Source: Chrysomallon squamiferum | Lineage: Eukaryota > Animalia > Mollusca | Reading direction: 5' to 3' | Assembly: GCA_012295275.1 (NCBI GenBank) | Contig: CM022678.1 | Location: 2,914,001-2,978,000 of the forward strand | DNA length: 64,000 nucleotides | Shown here: positions 1 through 29,526 of the stretch, piece by piece | Layout of the letters: each line of letters opens with the position of its first letter | Numbering within the stretch: position 1 is the stretch's first letter | Position numbers and translations under genes: made by a program | Notes under the pieces: model-generated | What the model was told of the DNA's origin: nothing | Seen by the model: the letters and a program-made list of their open reading frames with translations, nothing else | Databases searched by the model: none

Positions 1-239
1 CTGAGGTTATCTTCCCCTTAATCTGTTTGCTTGTTTAATAGCCTGACCCTTAATTAATTTACACTGATGTGAGACGGGCTGAGGTTGTGCACGCATTCAC
101 TGGACCATTCTAGTCTCGTTTTTACAGCAAACAGTGTAACTCGAAATTTTAAAGAAACATAAGTATTATGCTAAATCATTATTTTCATTTCTCTGAAAAA
201 ATTAAATTTATATGCACATATATGTTTTCATTCTCCTTT

Positions 240-886
<647 letters not shown>

Positions 887-938
887 TATTTCTTCGTTAT
901 TTGATTTGTTCTCTGTTTTGATTTCTTTCAGCTCGGAG

Positions 939-1322
939 ATGGCAGGATTTACTTGGATGTTCTGCTTACTTCTTGTGCCTTGTTTTCAAATTCACCTCGC
1001 TCGGTGCGGAGGTGCGTCCCCCGGGCCCCGGGGGGCACCGGACACAGAACATTTGGGATTACCGCTAAACGTGTTCTGGAGGAGTTTGACTCTTGTGAGA
1101 AAAAGACCCGAACTATTCCAACGTGCCAACAGTCTACGTTTGCGCGCGTCACTGCGCGAGACTAGACCCAACCCAGCAGACGACACTGTTAACCGGAAAC
1201 GATCGCCTGACCTCTCGGTCTCGCAGGCTCTCGGCTCTTTGGCGAGCATGCTCAGATTCGAGAGCAAAATGCGTAATCATAGACTGAAGCTGAAGAGTCT
1301 TATAAACGCTGGGAAACGTTGA
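939..1322 (+). CDS. CRH/DH44/egg-laying hormone (ELH)-family neuropeptide precursor, 127 aa
   Basis: Acceptor tttctttcag (930-931), then ATG at 939. Signal peptide MAGFTWMFCLLLVPCFQIHLARC. RKR site followed by 36-aa SPDLSVSQALGSLASMLRFESKMRNHRLKLKSLINA (1203-1310) and GKR-stop (amidation). The LSxxxxLxxLxxML start and amidated C-terminus are hallmarks of the ELH/DH44/CRH family. The 5' UTR exon lies upstream. Confidence 0.85.
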   Translation: MAGFTWMFCLLLVPCFQIHLARCGGASPGPRGAPDTEHLGLPLNVFWRSLTLVRKRPELFQRANSLRLRASLRETRPNPADDTVNRKRSPDLSVSQALGSLASMLRFESKMRNHRLKLKSLINAGKR

Positions 1323-1705
1323 TGCCGCGTTTTAAACTTTTCAACTCTTCATGGTGCGAATAAATGTTGGGAATTACGTTATTATTATTATTAATTTTTT
1401 TTCTTTCTTTTTCTTCCTGTTGGTCAGATTTGTGTATCAGATACGTCGCATTGGTCATTCAGGAAGACGACAACAGCGCTGGCTTATTTCTTTGATTTGC
1501 TACAAACGTGCTAGTAGTATCAATACACGTTATTATTATTATAGTTCTGACACATACACATCTGAAATGCACCTTTGGTGATGTGAAGAAACTTCCAAGT
1601 TATTTATATATATATTTTTTTTTTGTTGTTGTTTGTTTTTGCTTGCTGTCCAATTTTGATTAATAAGGACAAATATCTTTTCATTCAGTTTCTTCTTCTT
1701 CTTCT

Positions 1706-1717
1706 TCTATCTATTTA

Positions 1718-1748
<31 letters not shown>

Positions 1749-1767
1749 CTATCTATCTATCTATCTA

Positions 1768-1814
<47 letters not shown>

Positions 1815-1890
1815 GTCTGTCTATCTATCTATCTAATTATCTATCTATCTATCGATCTATGTATCTGTCTGTCTGTCTATCTATCTATTC
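1706..1890. repeat. (TCTA/TCTG)n microsatellite
   Basis: Visible tetranucleotide array. Confidence 0.9.
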
Positions 1891-1951
1891 AACCCCTTCT
1901 GTTTCTCCTTATTTCTTCCTTATTTAATTTTCCTCTTTTTAATTTCATACA

Positions 1952-2517
1952 GTCGTGACGTCATTGCGTACTTGGCACATCTGTTTGCCATAGTTGCATC
2001 CATTGTTGTTATAAACATATCTATCAGTCTGCCTAGTACACGATGACGTCACGACTGAAGAGATAAAATGGCGGCGTACATATGTTTTGTAATTACTGTT
2101 TTATTGTCATAATTTGTAATTGTCAGTCGCAGGTCGCTCGAAATAATAACATGGAAAGATAAATCGCTATTGTTATCATTATAACTACTACTACCACTAA
2201 CATAGCAACTACTATTACTTATACTATGCTAATTGTAATAGTATAACAACATGAACTACTAGTACTATATATGTAACTACTTCAACCATTGTTAAAACAA
2301 AATATTGAATGATGACGACGATGATGATGATGATGATGATGATGATAATAATAATAGTAATGGTATTTACAATCATCATAATCATCATCATAACTATTAT
2401 CGTCACTATCAGAATCATTATAAATAAATAAATAAATGATTTGAAAACTGATCATTTTTCTTTACCTTTCTTCTTAATCAGCTGCTAAATGAATTAAAAT
2501 TATTATTATTATAATTT

Positions 2518-2576
<59 letters not shown>

Positions 2577-3348
2577 ATCATCATCGTCTTCATCATCACT
2601 ACAGTTTTTATAATTGTTAATTTATTTATTTAACTTACAAAACAACATGAATAATAATAAGCAACAGAGAAAGAAAGAATGAAAAGAACGAAAGAAAAGA
2701 AACAAGTGAAAATTGATTTGATTTGATTTAACAACAACAGCAACAACACCAATAACAATAATAATATGATTTGATTTGAATCTAGATGCTTATTATTATT
2801 ATTAATAACAGTAGTTGTAGTAATAGTAGTAGTGGCAGTAACTGCAGTAGTATATGAAGTAGTAATTGGACTAGTAATAATACTTATAACTGTACCACTA
2901 ACAGTAGTAATATTACCATTAGTAGTAACTGTAGTACTAGAAAAAGTAGTAATAGTAATAGTAGTAATAAAGGAGGAAGAAGTCATAGTAGTAGCAGTAA
3001 TAGTAGTCTTAGAAAAAAGTAGTGGTAGTAGAAGTAGTAGTAGTTATAATAGCAGCGATAAAAATAATTGTCTAATAAAATGATTTAAATTTTCAAGTGA
3101 TTAATGTATTGTTTTGGGCAACCTGTCATTTCTCAAAAATAAATAAATAAATAAATAATTAAATAAATAAATAATAACAATAAATAAAGCTAAAAAAAAC
3201 AAAAAAAAAACATAATTGAATGCCGCCATTTTAACCTTTCACAAAAAGCTTCGTCACGTCATCGTGAACATGGCGGCCATCAAATACTTGACAACGCTTG
3301 AACAAACTTTACATAATTTATAATCCCCTTAGGCAATGACGTCACGAC
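1952..3348. mobile_element. Degenerate inverted-repeat (foldback/MITE-like) pair with CRE and YY1 motifs; arms ~1952-2152 and ~3104-3348
   Basis: GTCGTGACGTCATTGC (1952-1967) is the exact reverse complement of 3333-3348. CACGATGACGTCACG (2039) matches the reverse complement of 3252-3266 at 14/15. AAAATGGCGGC (2065) pairs with GCCGCCATTTT (3222). The interior is mostly trinucleotide microsatellite. Confidence 0.55.
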
Positions 3349-3401
3349 AACAGAGAAAAAAAAAACAATAATAATAATAAAAAACAACAACAACAAAATT
3401 A

Positions 3402-3436
<35 letters not shown>

Positions 3437-4672
3437 AAATAAAAAATAAATAAATATATAAATAAAATTAAATAAAATTAAAATAAAGCAGATCAAAAGG
3501 TCATTTTCCTTTGTCTTTAGTTGGTTATCAAAGACTTTAATATCCTGTCTAAGGGTTGGTACGTATGAAGAATATTTTGCTGCTAATCGACAAACATAAC
3601 ACGAAGTGGCGATATATTGATAGATAGTGAAGTGTTGTTTTGTCAACACTAATTCATTCATTCATTTCTCCATCATTTATATAAAAATTCATCCTCTTTT
3701 TTGTTGTTCGAATTGTTCACTGTCTTTTGTGGGTTAAAAGATAAGTATGACTTAAATAAATTATAAATTGTTAATAAATAAATAAATAAATAAAATAAAA
3801 TAAAATAAAATAAAATAAAATAAAATAAAATAAATAACAACAAAAACAAAAATAAGAATAAGAATAACAACAGTAATAGCAGTAATGATAAAAACAGTAA
3901 CAACAACAGTAGTAGCAGTAGTAGTAGTAATATTCAATAAATAAAATATATATAATAAAATCGTCATAAATCTTCAATTATTCGTAATTTAGAATTGAAA
4001 ACTTGAAAAGTTTCAATTTGTACACTGTGTTAATCTTGCGTTCATAAGATGAAGCTCATATTTTAAGACAGTAACCAGTTATTATTTTTAAAATTTCTTC
4101 AATCCTAAATAACAGAAGACGTAAACGAAATTAACTGTTTTATTTATCAATTCACCGCTCACGCGTATTAATTTAGCTTTCCAAAGAACTTAGAAAATAA
4201 TGATTATGATGATGAAAAAAAAAAAATAAAAAAAAATAAAAAAGAAAAAAAGGTGATAATAATAATAATATTATATGGAATTAGCAAGTAATTTGTTGAA
4301 AATAAAGAAATTTATCACGTCTTCATATCTTCCCATTATTTGCTGTGATTGCAGGGGGAAAAAAAGAAAAAGTTAACGTAACACCAACAACAATCATACG
4401 GACCAAAAAAAAAAAAAAAGAATAAAAAAAAACATTATTTCAAATCGAGGGCATCTTTAATGATTTATTTTTATCTAGTTTCTCGAGTGTTCAAGGAAAC
4501 ACAGTCATCTAAACGATCCTCGTCTTACTACCCCCCTCCAAACCCGCCCCCCTTCGTCTAATTTTGTTCCTTTAAATTTTGCGTTGTCTTCATTTTCTCA
4601 TCAAATGACACCAGTGCACTTACTAAAAATGGAGGAAAAACGGACAAAGAAGAGCTAAGTTTTCGCCAAGAT

Positions 4673-8468
<3,796 letters not shown>

Positions 8469-9466
8469 CCTGGCTGTACAAGATAATGGCAAAGGGTTAC
8501 TGAAATGCTGTGAATTAGGTCACTGATTTTAAAGTGACGTTACTAGGTCAAAGTTCCAACATGGTGTTTTTAGTTCCCAGGGTTCAGCGCATGTCACTTT
8601 ATTTACGAAATCGTAAAAAAGTTGTCACTTTATATTAATAAAAATAACGATGATGATGATAATAATAGTAATATCAGTAATAATAACTGATAAATATAAA
8701 CTATAATGAACAGAAATATTACTCAAAATAAAAAAATATAAATATTGATGTTCATAATAATAATAATAATAATGATGAATATAAAATGAAAGTGAATTCA
8801 ACAAATGTTATTTATTAACATAAGACAAACAAAATATTTAAATTTATATATATGTATTTTATTCACAAAAAAAAAAAAAAAAAACCCTGTACAAAAACAT
8901 TCTTATTAATATATTTTAATATTCACAAGTACATACATTTATTGAGGATAAATAATAAAAATAATTTCTTTATTTACTGTCTTGCATGAAATTAAATTCA
9001 GTTTAATAAAATCTACTTCTAAATATTTCAATGAAATACCAAAATTTTTTGAGAATTTTAATCTACAATTTTGTCCCAAAAATCATATCTTTAAAGAAAA
9101 AAAAAAAAAAAAAAAAAAAGGATTACTAATTTTTAACAAGTTTTATAGTTTTTTTAAATCAAGTAAACTGATGTTAAGAAACTCAGTTGATGTCCTAGAA
9201 GTTGTTGCTTAAATGATGATGTTGTTCAAAATGTCAAAATAGTTGCTGATGTCAATGTAGTTGTTTAAATGATGAAATGAAGTCCAAGTAGTAGTTGTTT
9301 ACATCACAACGACGATGTCAACACTAACAGATAGATATCTATCTGTGACAATCTTCCTTTTCAAATTTCTTTAATTACAAAAAAATATTTAACAATCACA
9401 AATATGCACGTTCATGTTGTGTTCTTTCAAATGAAAATGTCACTTTGTCAACAGTGTTGTAGTTGT

Positions 9467-21790
<12,324 letters not shown>

Positions 21791-22600
21791 TATCGATAAA
21801 AATATTAGAACGAAACACCATCAATAAACAAAGATATTTCCCGCGAAAAATGTCATGTGTCTTTAGTTCCCGCGATTTTGATCACATGACATAAAATGTG
21901 TTCGCATCTAAAACGCGGACTTGACTTAGACTGCTAAAAGCGACAAATTTAACATTTATGTAATTGCTCTTTGTTATCTGTTACAGCTATTATATTTTAT
22001 TTTAAAGATTTTTTTTTTATAAATATTTGTTCTAAAGGCATTTTTTGTTCAAAAAAAATAATGTACACCATTGTTATTTTTCCCCGGAATTTATTTAATC
22101 TAAAACTAGTTTTAGGTTGTCTTTCTTGTCTGAATGCGTCAAACTTAATTTATATGTGATATTATTTGCGAAGTACAATTTTAGTAAACATTATTTAGAG
22201 TTAATTTATAGTGGATTGAATTTTTGTTTTCAGTAATACTAACATCAATAATATTTGGTATTTCTGAAAACTCAGAATTTATTAAAAAAAAAAATTATAT
22301 ATAGTAACAAATTTATTATTTTCTATATTTTCGTTTTATCTAGGCTTTGTCGGCAAAAGTTCAAGATACCATCAACATATAGGTGCTCTAAAATGAAAGG
22401 ATCCATTTTCATATAGCAAAAATTACAATAAAAACATATTTTTAATTTTTTTTTTTTAATTGTGATAAATATATCATTTGTAATTTATTTTAAAATAATA
22501 ATAACAACAACAAACAGCAGTAGCAGCAGCAACAACAACAATAATAAACAGGGTTGTTCCGTTATACTTGTCACGTGACTTTAAAATGAACAAAATGGCG
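21791..22600. promoter_or_regulatory. Bidirectional MCM3/LACTB2 promoter region with DRE, E2F, E-box and YY1 motifs
   Basis: TATCGATA (DRE) at 21791-21798 abuts the MCM3 ATG. TTTCCCGCGAAAA (overlapping E2F sites) at 21837-21849; TTCCCGCG at 21867-21874. GTCACGTGAC (USF/TFE-type E-box) at 22570-22579. CAAAATGGCG (YY1) at 22591-22600 overlaps the LACTB2 ATG. E2F control of MCM genes is established. Confidence 0.75.
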
Positions 22601-24241
22601 ACTTCCTTACCAAAATTAGCACTTGTCGAACAGTTGTCAGAGAGAGTTTTGAGAGTTCTGGGTTGTAATCCCGGAGGACTTAGACTTCAAGGGACAAACA
22701 CATATTTACTAGGCACTGGCAAAAGGTAGATACCACGATTGACTAATTTAAATATATCTTTTATTTTTAGTTGCATCATTCTTCGACGTGATTGCAACTT
22801 TACAAGTTATAAATATAATTTAACAATAAAATAGAATGAGAATAACTTATAAGTTATAAGAAACAGGCTGTCAGGTTCTGTTGAATGTTTTCGTACTAGA
22901 CGATACAGTGGATCTGGAACTGGGTGTTACAATGTCGATTACTTTTGTTTATACTAAACTGTGTTTGTCTTAAGAGGAGCACATCTACCGTTACTTTTTC
23001 TCTGATAAGGTATGCAATTATAGATTAATTAGATATAAAACGGCATTATCTTATTCTTAATTTCGTAAGCTTTCCAAAGTTTAAAATCTAACAAGTGTTA
23101 AGAAAATTATTGCATGAAACCACTAGAAAACTAATATCAGGTATTTTAATTGTTAATTAAACTTTAAAGGCCCCCCAAACAAGCCTAATTTCAGCGTTAT
23201 AAAAACCCAAAACTTTTTTTTATATCTAGATACCATTGGAATAGAATTCTGTTCCTTTTCCAGTGATAATACTGAAGAGTGTAAGGGATAACTTTAACTT
23301 TTTTTGTCATATACTTACTTTGTTCAATTATTAATTTCTTGGTTATAGTAGTAACTTATCTGATTGTTTATTTATTAAATATTGTAAGAGAGAGAGAGAG
23401 AGAGAGATTTTACCAATGCCAATAATAGTTATTAATTATGTGTGAATGTGTGTGTGTGTGTTTATTAATTTTATCTTTCTATGTTGTAGAAAAATTCTCC
23501 TTGACACTGGTGATCCAAACGTGCCAGAGTATATTGACCTTTTGACATCTGTTTTAAAGTCCCATAATGCTTCAGTGCAAGAGATTGTAATAACACATTA
23601 TCACCAGGACCATGTTGGAGGGGTTCCAGGAGTCTGCAGCAATGTCTTGAAAAGTAAAATTTAATCTAATATAAATATTTGTTATTGATTGGTTTCATTA
23701 AAGGTTATGATTTTGATAATGGGAAAGTGACAGTCAAAGATATTTTTTGCTGTTAATTAAAAATAATCATTCATTGCAATGAGTTTCCTCATTAAATTAT
23801 AAGTAATCATTGTTAAAGGTGTGATATGTATAATATTAAACAACAGTATAAATGGTAGACAAAATTTGGACACTGGGGACTTCATTTCAATGTCTGGGTC
23901 ACAATAAATGTGTTAAACATCTTGTAAACAACATAATCAAAATGTAGGCGTACAAACACACACTTACATACAGATATAAAGAATTCTAGATTAAAATAGT
24001 ATTGAATGTACTGCTAATTAAAACTGTTATTTCCTTGTTAAATACTTTTTAGCTTCATCATTTATTCTTATTTATTTTCAGCTTCAGCTATCCCAGTTTC
24101 CAAAATGAGACGAGTTGAAGGTCCGGAGTTTGACATCGGAGACACAAAGTACAGTTTTGTAGAAAACAAACACGTGTTTAAAACTGATGGTGTCACACTG
24201 AGGTGAGGTAAAAAATAAAATAAATAATTTTTAGAACAAAA

Positions 24242-24275
<34 letters not shown>

Positions 24276-26639
24276 TGTGGAATCAGATAAACAAGATTGT
24301 ATGTAAATACACAATAACAATAATAGAATAAATAAAATGAATCATTTTTAGATTTTTAGACTGTTTTGAAGAACTGGAATATCAGCTTTTATCAAAAATC
24401 ATTTAAAAAAAATTATAACCTGTTGTTGTTGTTGTTGTTGTTGTCTTCTTCATCTTTCTCTTTTTTTCTTTTTTCTTCTTATTATTAGTCTTATTTATTT
24501 TTTTCTTTCTCTCACCAAGGAGGAAATTTTATATAGCAGTTTTACGTGTTCATTGATATTTTCAGTCACCTTGTGTAATTCCACACTGTTACTATATATT
24601 TAAAAAGAAATTGGGACCTAATTAATATTGTCCAAGAACTTATTATTTCAGTTCTCTTTTATTTATTTTTTCTTGTTTTTATTTCTCAGAGCTGTTTTTA
24701 ACCCTGGACATTCGGATGATCACATGATTCTGTACATGGAAGAAGAGAAAGCTGTGTTCTCGGGAGACAGTGTGCTGGGAGGAACAACAACAGTAAAATA
24801 ATTTGTAAAACATCCACACAAGTGTATTACATCTCCATAGTAACCTGTGTGTTATTCAGTCAGTCCAGTATACTGCGAGGCTTGACTGTCTGTCTGGCTA
24901 ATCTAGGCTATATGTGTTTACTTATCAGTCTGTGTGTCTGTCTATTTGTGTGTCTGATCTAATTTAATAAAATCTGTTTTGTATCATCTGCTTATTTGTC
25001 TGATTGTCCGATTGGTTATCTGTCTGTGCATCTCTTCAATGATCTATCCATCAATCTGCCTTTCAGTTTTTTGTTTTACATTTTTTGTTAATAAAATGTA
25101 TAATTTTTGTTTACTTTTGATAATACAAAAAAAGCCATATTAAGTATAAAGTTTGAAATATTATTCATGTAAAAAAACCCTGAAAAATATTTTTTCTTTT
25201 ACATTATTAACATCACAGTAATTTTGTATTTTATCGTGCACTGAATATTATTATCTTTATCATCATCATCTTTAAAGTTATTATCATCATAACCATCATT
25301 GTAATTATTATCTTTAAAATTAAAATTATTATTATTGATATTATCATAACCATCATTATAATTATTAGTATCATCATCATCATCATTGACACTATTTAAT
25401 TCGGTATTTTATAAATTTTAATTATTTATTTACAGACAGTGACAGATTTATCTCAGTATATGAAGTCACTGCAGGACATTTTAGAGCTGAAACCTGCAGT
25501 TATCTACCCTGCCCATGGTGTTGTCATAACTGACCCTGATAAAACTGTCAAGTATTACATCGCACATCGTCAGGAACGGGAAAAACAGATTATTAAGTAT
25601 TTGACAGAAAGACGTGGAGAGAGTCACACTGTGATGGACATTGTGAAGTGTTTGTATGCTGTAAGTTTTATTTTATATTTTATTTTATTTTATTTTAATT
25701 ATTATTAATATTATTATTTTAATTTAATTTAATCTTTTATTTTAGTTTAGTTTATTTTATTTATTATTATTATTATTTTTTTTAAACTTTTTATTTTATT
25801 TTATTTATTTATTTATTTATTTATTTATTTTACTATATTTTAAAAACTGAAATAATTAAAAAAAAAATGTATTATTAGGAATAACATTTATTTATTTCTT
25901 TAGTTATTATTATTATTATTATTATTTATGTTATTTATTAACATATTATTTATATTTAATTTTTTCTTTTTGGAATTATTACTGTTTTTTTGTACACATT
26001 CAAAGACTAAAAAAAAATCAAATAATAAAAAAATATATTGTTAATGAAAATATCAAAACATTTGTAATAACATTTTTATTTGTGTAAATACAGATGTCAT
26101 TTTAAATTCTGTTTTTATTTATTAATTTCGTTACTTTTACTATTTATTTATTTTTTTAAGGGTAGAATATCTTTAGTTTTTTTAATGTTACTTAAAAAGA
26201 TACATTTATTATTATTTATAAAAAAATTTAAGATACTTTTTTTTTTTTTTTTTGCTAATGTTTATTCCTTAATTTATCTGACTATATAAAAAATACAGTA
26301 TTTGTTAATTTTGTATTTATTGTTGTTGTTATTATTATTAAAATTCATTTTGGTTTTATTTCTTTTGGTTTATTATGTTAAACTTATATTTTGTTTATTG
26401 TTTTTAAATAAATTTTGTTTTTATTATATAATCTGTTTTTAATTTCACAAATGATAAATGTATTGTGTGTTATGATTCAGGACGTATCAGAAAATCTTCA
26501 TCTGGCAGCTGCTAACAATGTGCAACAACATCTGTTCAAACTGGAGCAAGAAAACATTGTTGGTAAGAATAATACAAATATTTCTTCTTTTTTATTTCTT
26601 CATTCTTGTTTATCACAGAGAGAGAGAGTGAGAGAGTGA

Positions 26640-26695
<56 letters not shown>

Positions 26696-27038
26696 ATGTA
26701 TTTTATACTTTTAAATGAATCTGGGTTGGAGGCAGAAACAAAGTTAGTGTCTCTATGTGTGTATTTTATTCTTTTAAATAAAACTGTATGAGAAAGTGTG
26801 TTTGTATGTGTATAAAGTAATAAAATAAGAAATAATAATAATAAAAAGGATAAATCCATTGATTTGCCAAAAAAACAAGTACATTGATTAATTATTAAAC
26901 TTATAATATTTCATGCTGATTGGTTGTCGTCTAACATTATGTTGAAATTTTTTGAAATTGTAGAGTAAAATTAATTTTGTTTTTGTAGAAAAGACTGATG
27001 ACAAATGGAAACTGAAAGAAACGATACCTCCATCCTAG
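22595..27038 (+). CDS. LACTB2: Endoribonuclease LACTB2 (metallo-beta-lactamase fold), ~291 aa, 7 exons
   Basis: Exons 22595-22725, 23490-23653, 24082-24202, 24690-24792, 25436-25660, 26481-26562, 26989-27038 (876 nt). Motifs: [76 protein letters not shown]. An in-frame ATG at 22586 is an alternative start. Confidence 0.95.
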
Positions 27039-27288
27039 AACTACTGATAGGAAAAATAAGTGACACTCAACAGAATATGAAAATAATGTGTATATTTTGT
27101 AAATGATTTTCTTATTTCCTATAAAAGTATTTTTGTTATCGTGTTGTAATGAACAAACTATATTCTGTTCATTGGTGTATTTCACCGTTTTGGGGTTTGT
27201 TAAAAGTGAATTATAGTTTTGTTTTGTTTTTTTTAAAGCAAAATTTGCTTCAGTTAAATGTTCAGTACTTCAGAATAATTGTTTTAAA

Positions 27289-27330
<42 letters not shown>

Positions 27331-27788
27331 TTTATAATTCGATGTATTTTTTTATTTATAATAAAGCGGGATCATGTAAAAATAAATAATGAAAAACTTA
27401 CAATAAAAAATCAATTTATACAAAAAGCTGTGAAAGACTGAGGTTTGTATAATTTTGGATATACTCAGTCTTTCAAGATATTTTTATATATATCCCTCAT
27501 GCCCTTGTGATAGATTACGATTATCATCCTATATTTAAAATGATAATAAATAGCAGTTTATCAGCACACACTCGCACACAAACACATATAGTAAAACAGG
27601 GAACTAACATATATTACCTGGCAAAGTAAACAGAATGTATATCCATGTGTCTAACGTTATTTTATCTTTTATCTGGACTAACAGACAGAAAAACATATAA
27701 AACAAAGATTTATTGTTGCTTATCATATATAATTATCTGAACTGAAAATAAATTGTGTTTTTTTTTGTTTTTATTTTGCTTTGTTTCT

Positions 27789-27842
<54 letters not shown>

Positions 27843-27929
27843 GAAGAAAAAACGAGACAGAAAGACTTCGGTACACGTGAAGACCAAGTACAATAAATCC
27901 ACGAAATTCATTCTAAAACGTTTTATTCG

Positions 27930-29492
27930 TTATTGTGACATTCGTACAAGCAACCCCGGGATCTGTCCCCCGATTCTGTTTGTGCCGTTCTTGCTGGCCA
28001 AAGTGTCGTGGAACGTGAACACTTTGTCTCCTACTAGAACAGTGTGGAACCCGTCTTTGCCCTGATACGTGGCCGAGCCTTTTATCGTCACCACGAGGGT
28101 GTACAGAACGGACGGTTGAAGGATCAGCGGAGTCGGGAACGGGACTTCGTAATAAACGTCTTCGGGATCGCAGTTGATCCGTGCGCCGAACCTGGAATTG
28201 GGAACCGCTTTTCCCTTGTTGTCGACCAACAGAGCGCGCACGACGTAGTGCCCGGCTTGAGGATCGATAGGCCCGAAGAGAAGAAATCCCGCGAGCACGA
28301 TTTCGTCGTTGCACGTGAAGGCGATCGCGTCGTCATTGTCGCCGGAGCATTTCCACCCGTAGAACTCGTCTCTGCCCGGAAACCTCAGAATGAGCGTGTC
28401 CTTCTCCACTTCGTCTTCTTTCTTGCCGTCTTTCGTCGTCTTCGTCACTTTCCGGCCCGTCTTCGCCTCGGGGTTTTTCAGCAGGTCGGCCTTTTTCGGA
28501 TAGCGCTCGCGGTGAAGGACTTTCAGCGGTTTCGGCTCCTCTTTCGGGGGCGACTCCTTTCGCTTGGCAGACCCCGACGCCGACCCCGACGACTCCTGAA
28601 TAGGAGGCAGAAGCTGTTTACGTTTAATGGCGTTCGGGTCGGGGGGCAGCTGACCGATTCTGAGCTGAGTTGAAAACGGATCGGCGCCTTTCTCCGGACA
28701 GATGTAATACTCCAGGACCGCGTTGGTTTCCGCGTCGTTGAGAATACCAGTCGGACTGACGTTCAGGACGAAAAACCGCCTCTCTAAGAGTGGAAACCTG
28801 ACGTGTTTGATCGAACCTCCCAGGACCTCTCGCTGGTTCGCTGGAGTTATCTCCACCTCCCGACGCCGGCACTCGCTCTCGGACCAGTAGAGGGCAGCAA
28901 CGAGGACTCGTTCCTCGGTCGCGTTCAGGTCGTCCGCCATGATGATGTCGTCGAGGCAGTCGCGGCACAGCTCTTGGATTCCCTTCGACACGAGAGTGAC
29001 GTCGCCGTTTCGCTTGACGAAGTTCAAGCACTTCTCGTGCAGGTCGTGCTCGCCGAATCTGTGCGCGCGCTCCATTATCGGGCAGACGGTTTCCGGCGTT
29101 ATGTTCGCCTGCAGAAAGCGGAGACATTTCTTCCTCAGGTTGCCCACTCTGTACTTCTTCGCCAGGTGCAACATGCTGGACACGTTGTCGAACGTGAACT
29201 CCATCGAATCCGTGTACACGAATCTGAAATGAAGGATGCAACGTAAGATGATATTGTCCCTAACTAACCGTGTGTTTAACAGTCTTGAAGGATGGAAATC
29301 GAAAGACGTTGTTTATCATATCTCTATCTCTCTCTCTCGCTTCTCATTGTCTTTCTAACTATGTATATATCTTCTGTTATATATATATATATATATATAT
29401 ATCTTCTGTTAGTTTGAGCTCTCTCTCTCTCTCTCTACCTTTCTACCTCTCAGTCCTAAATCTCTCTTTGTATCTCTCTGTGTCTCCCCCTC

Positions 29493-29526
<34 letters not shown>

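Noticed and set aside
28044-29246. Antisense and alternate-frame ORFs over the BTB exon (209, 205, 147 and 133 aa)
   Set aside because: Expected shadows of a GC3-rich coding exon, with no recognisable motifs or splice support.
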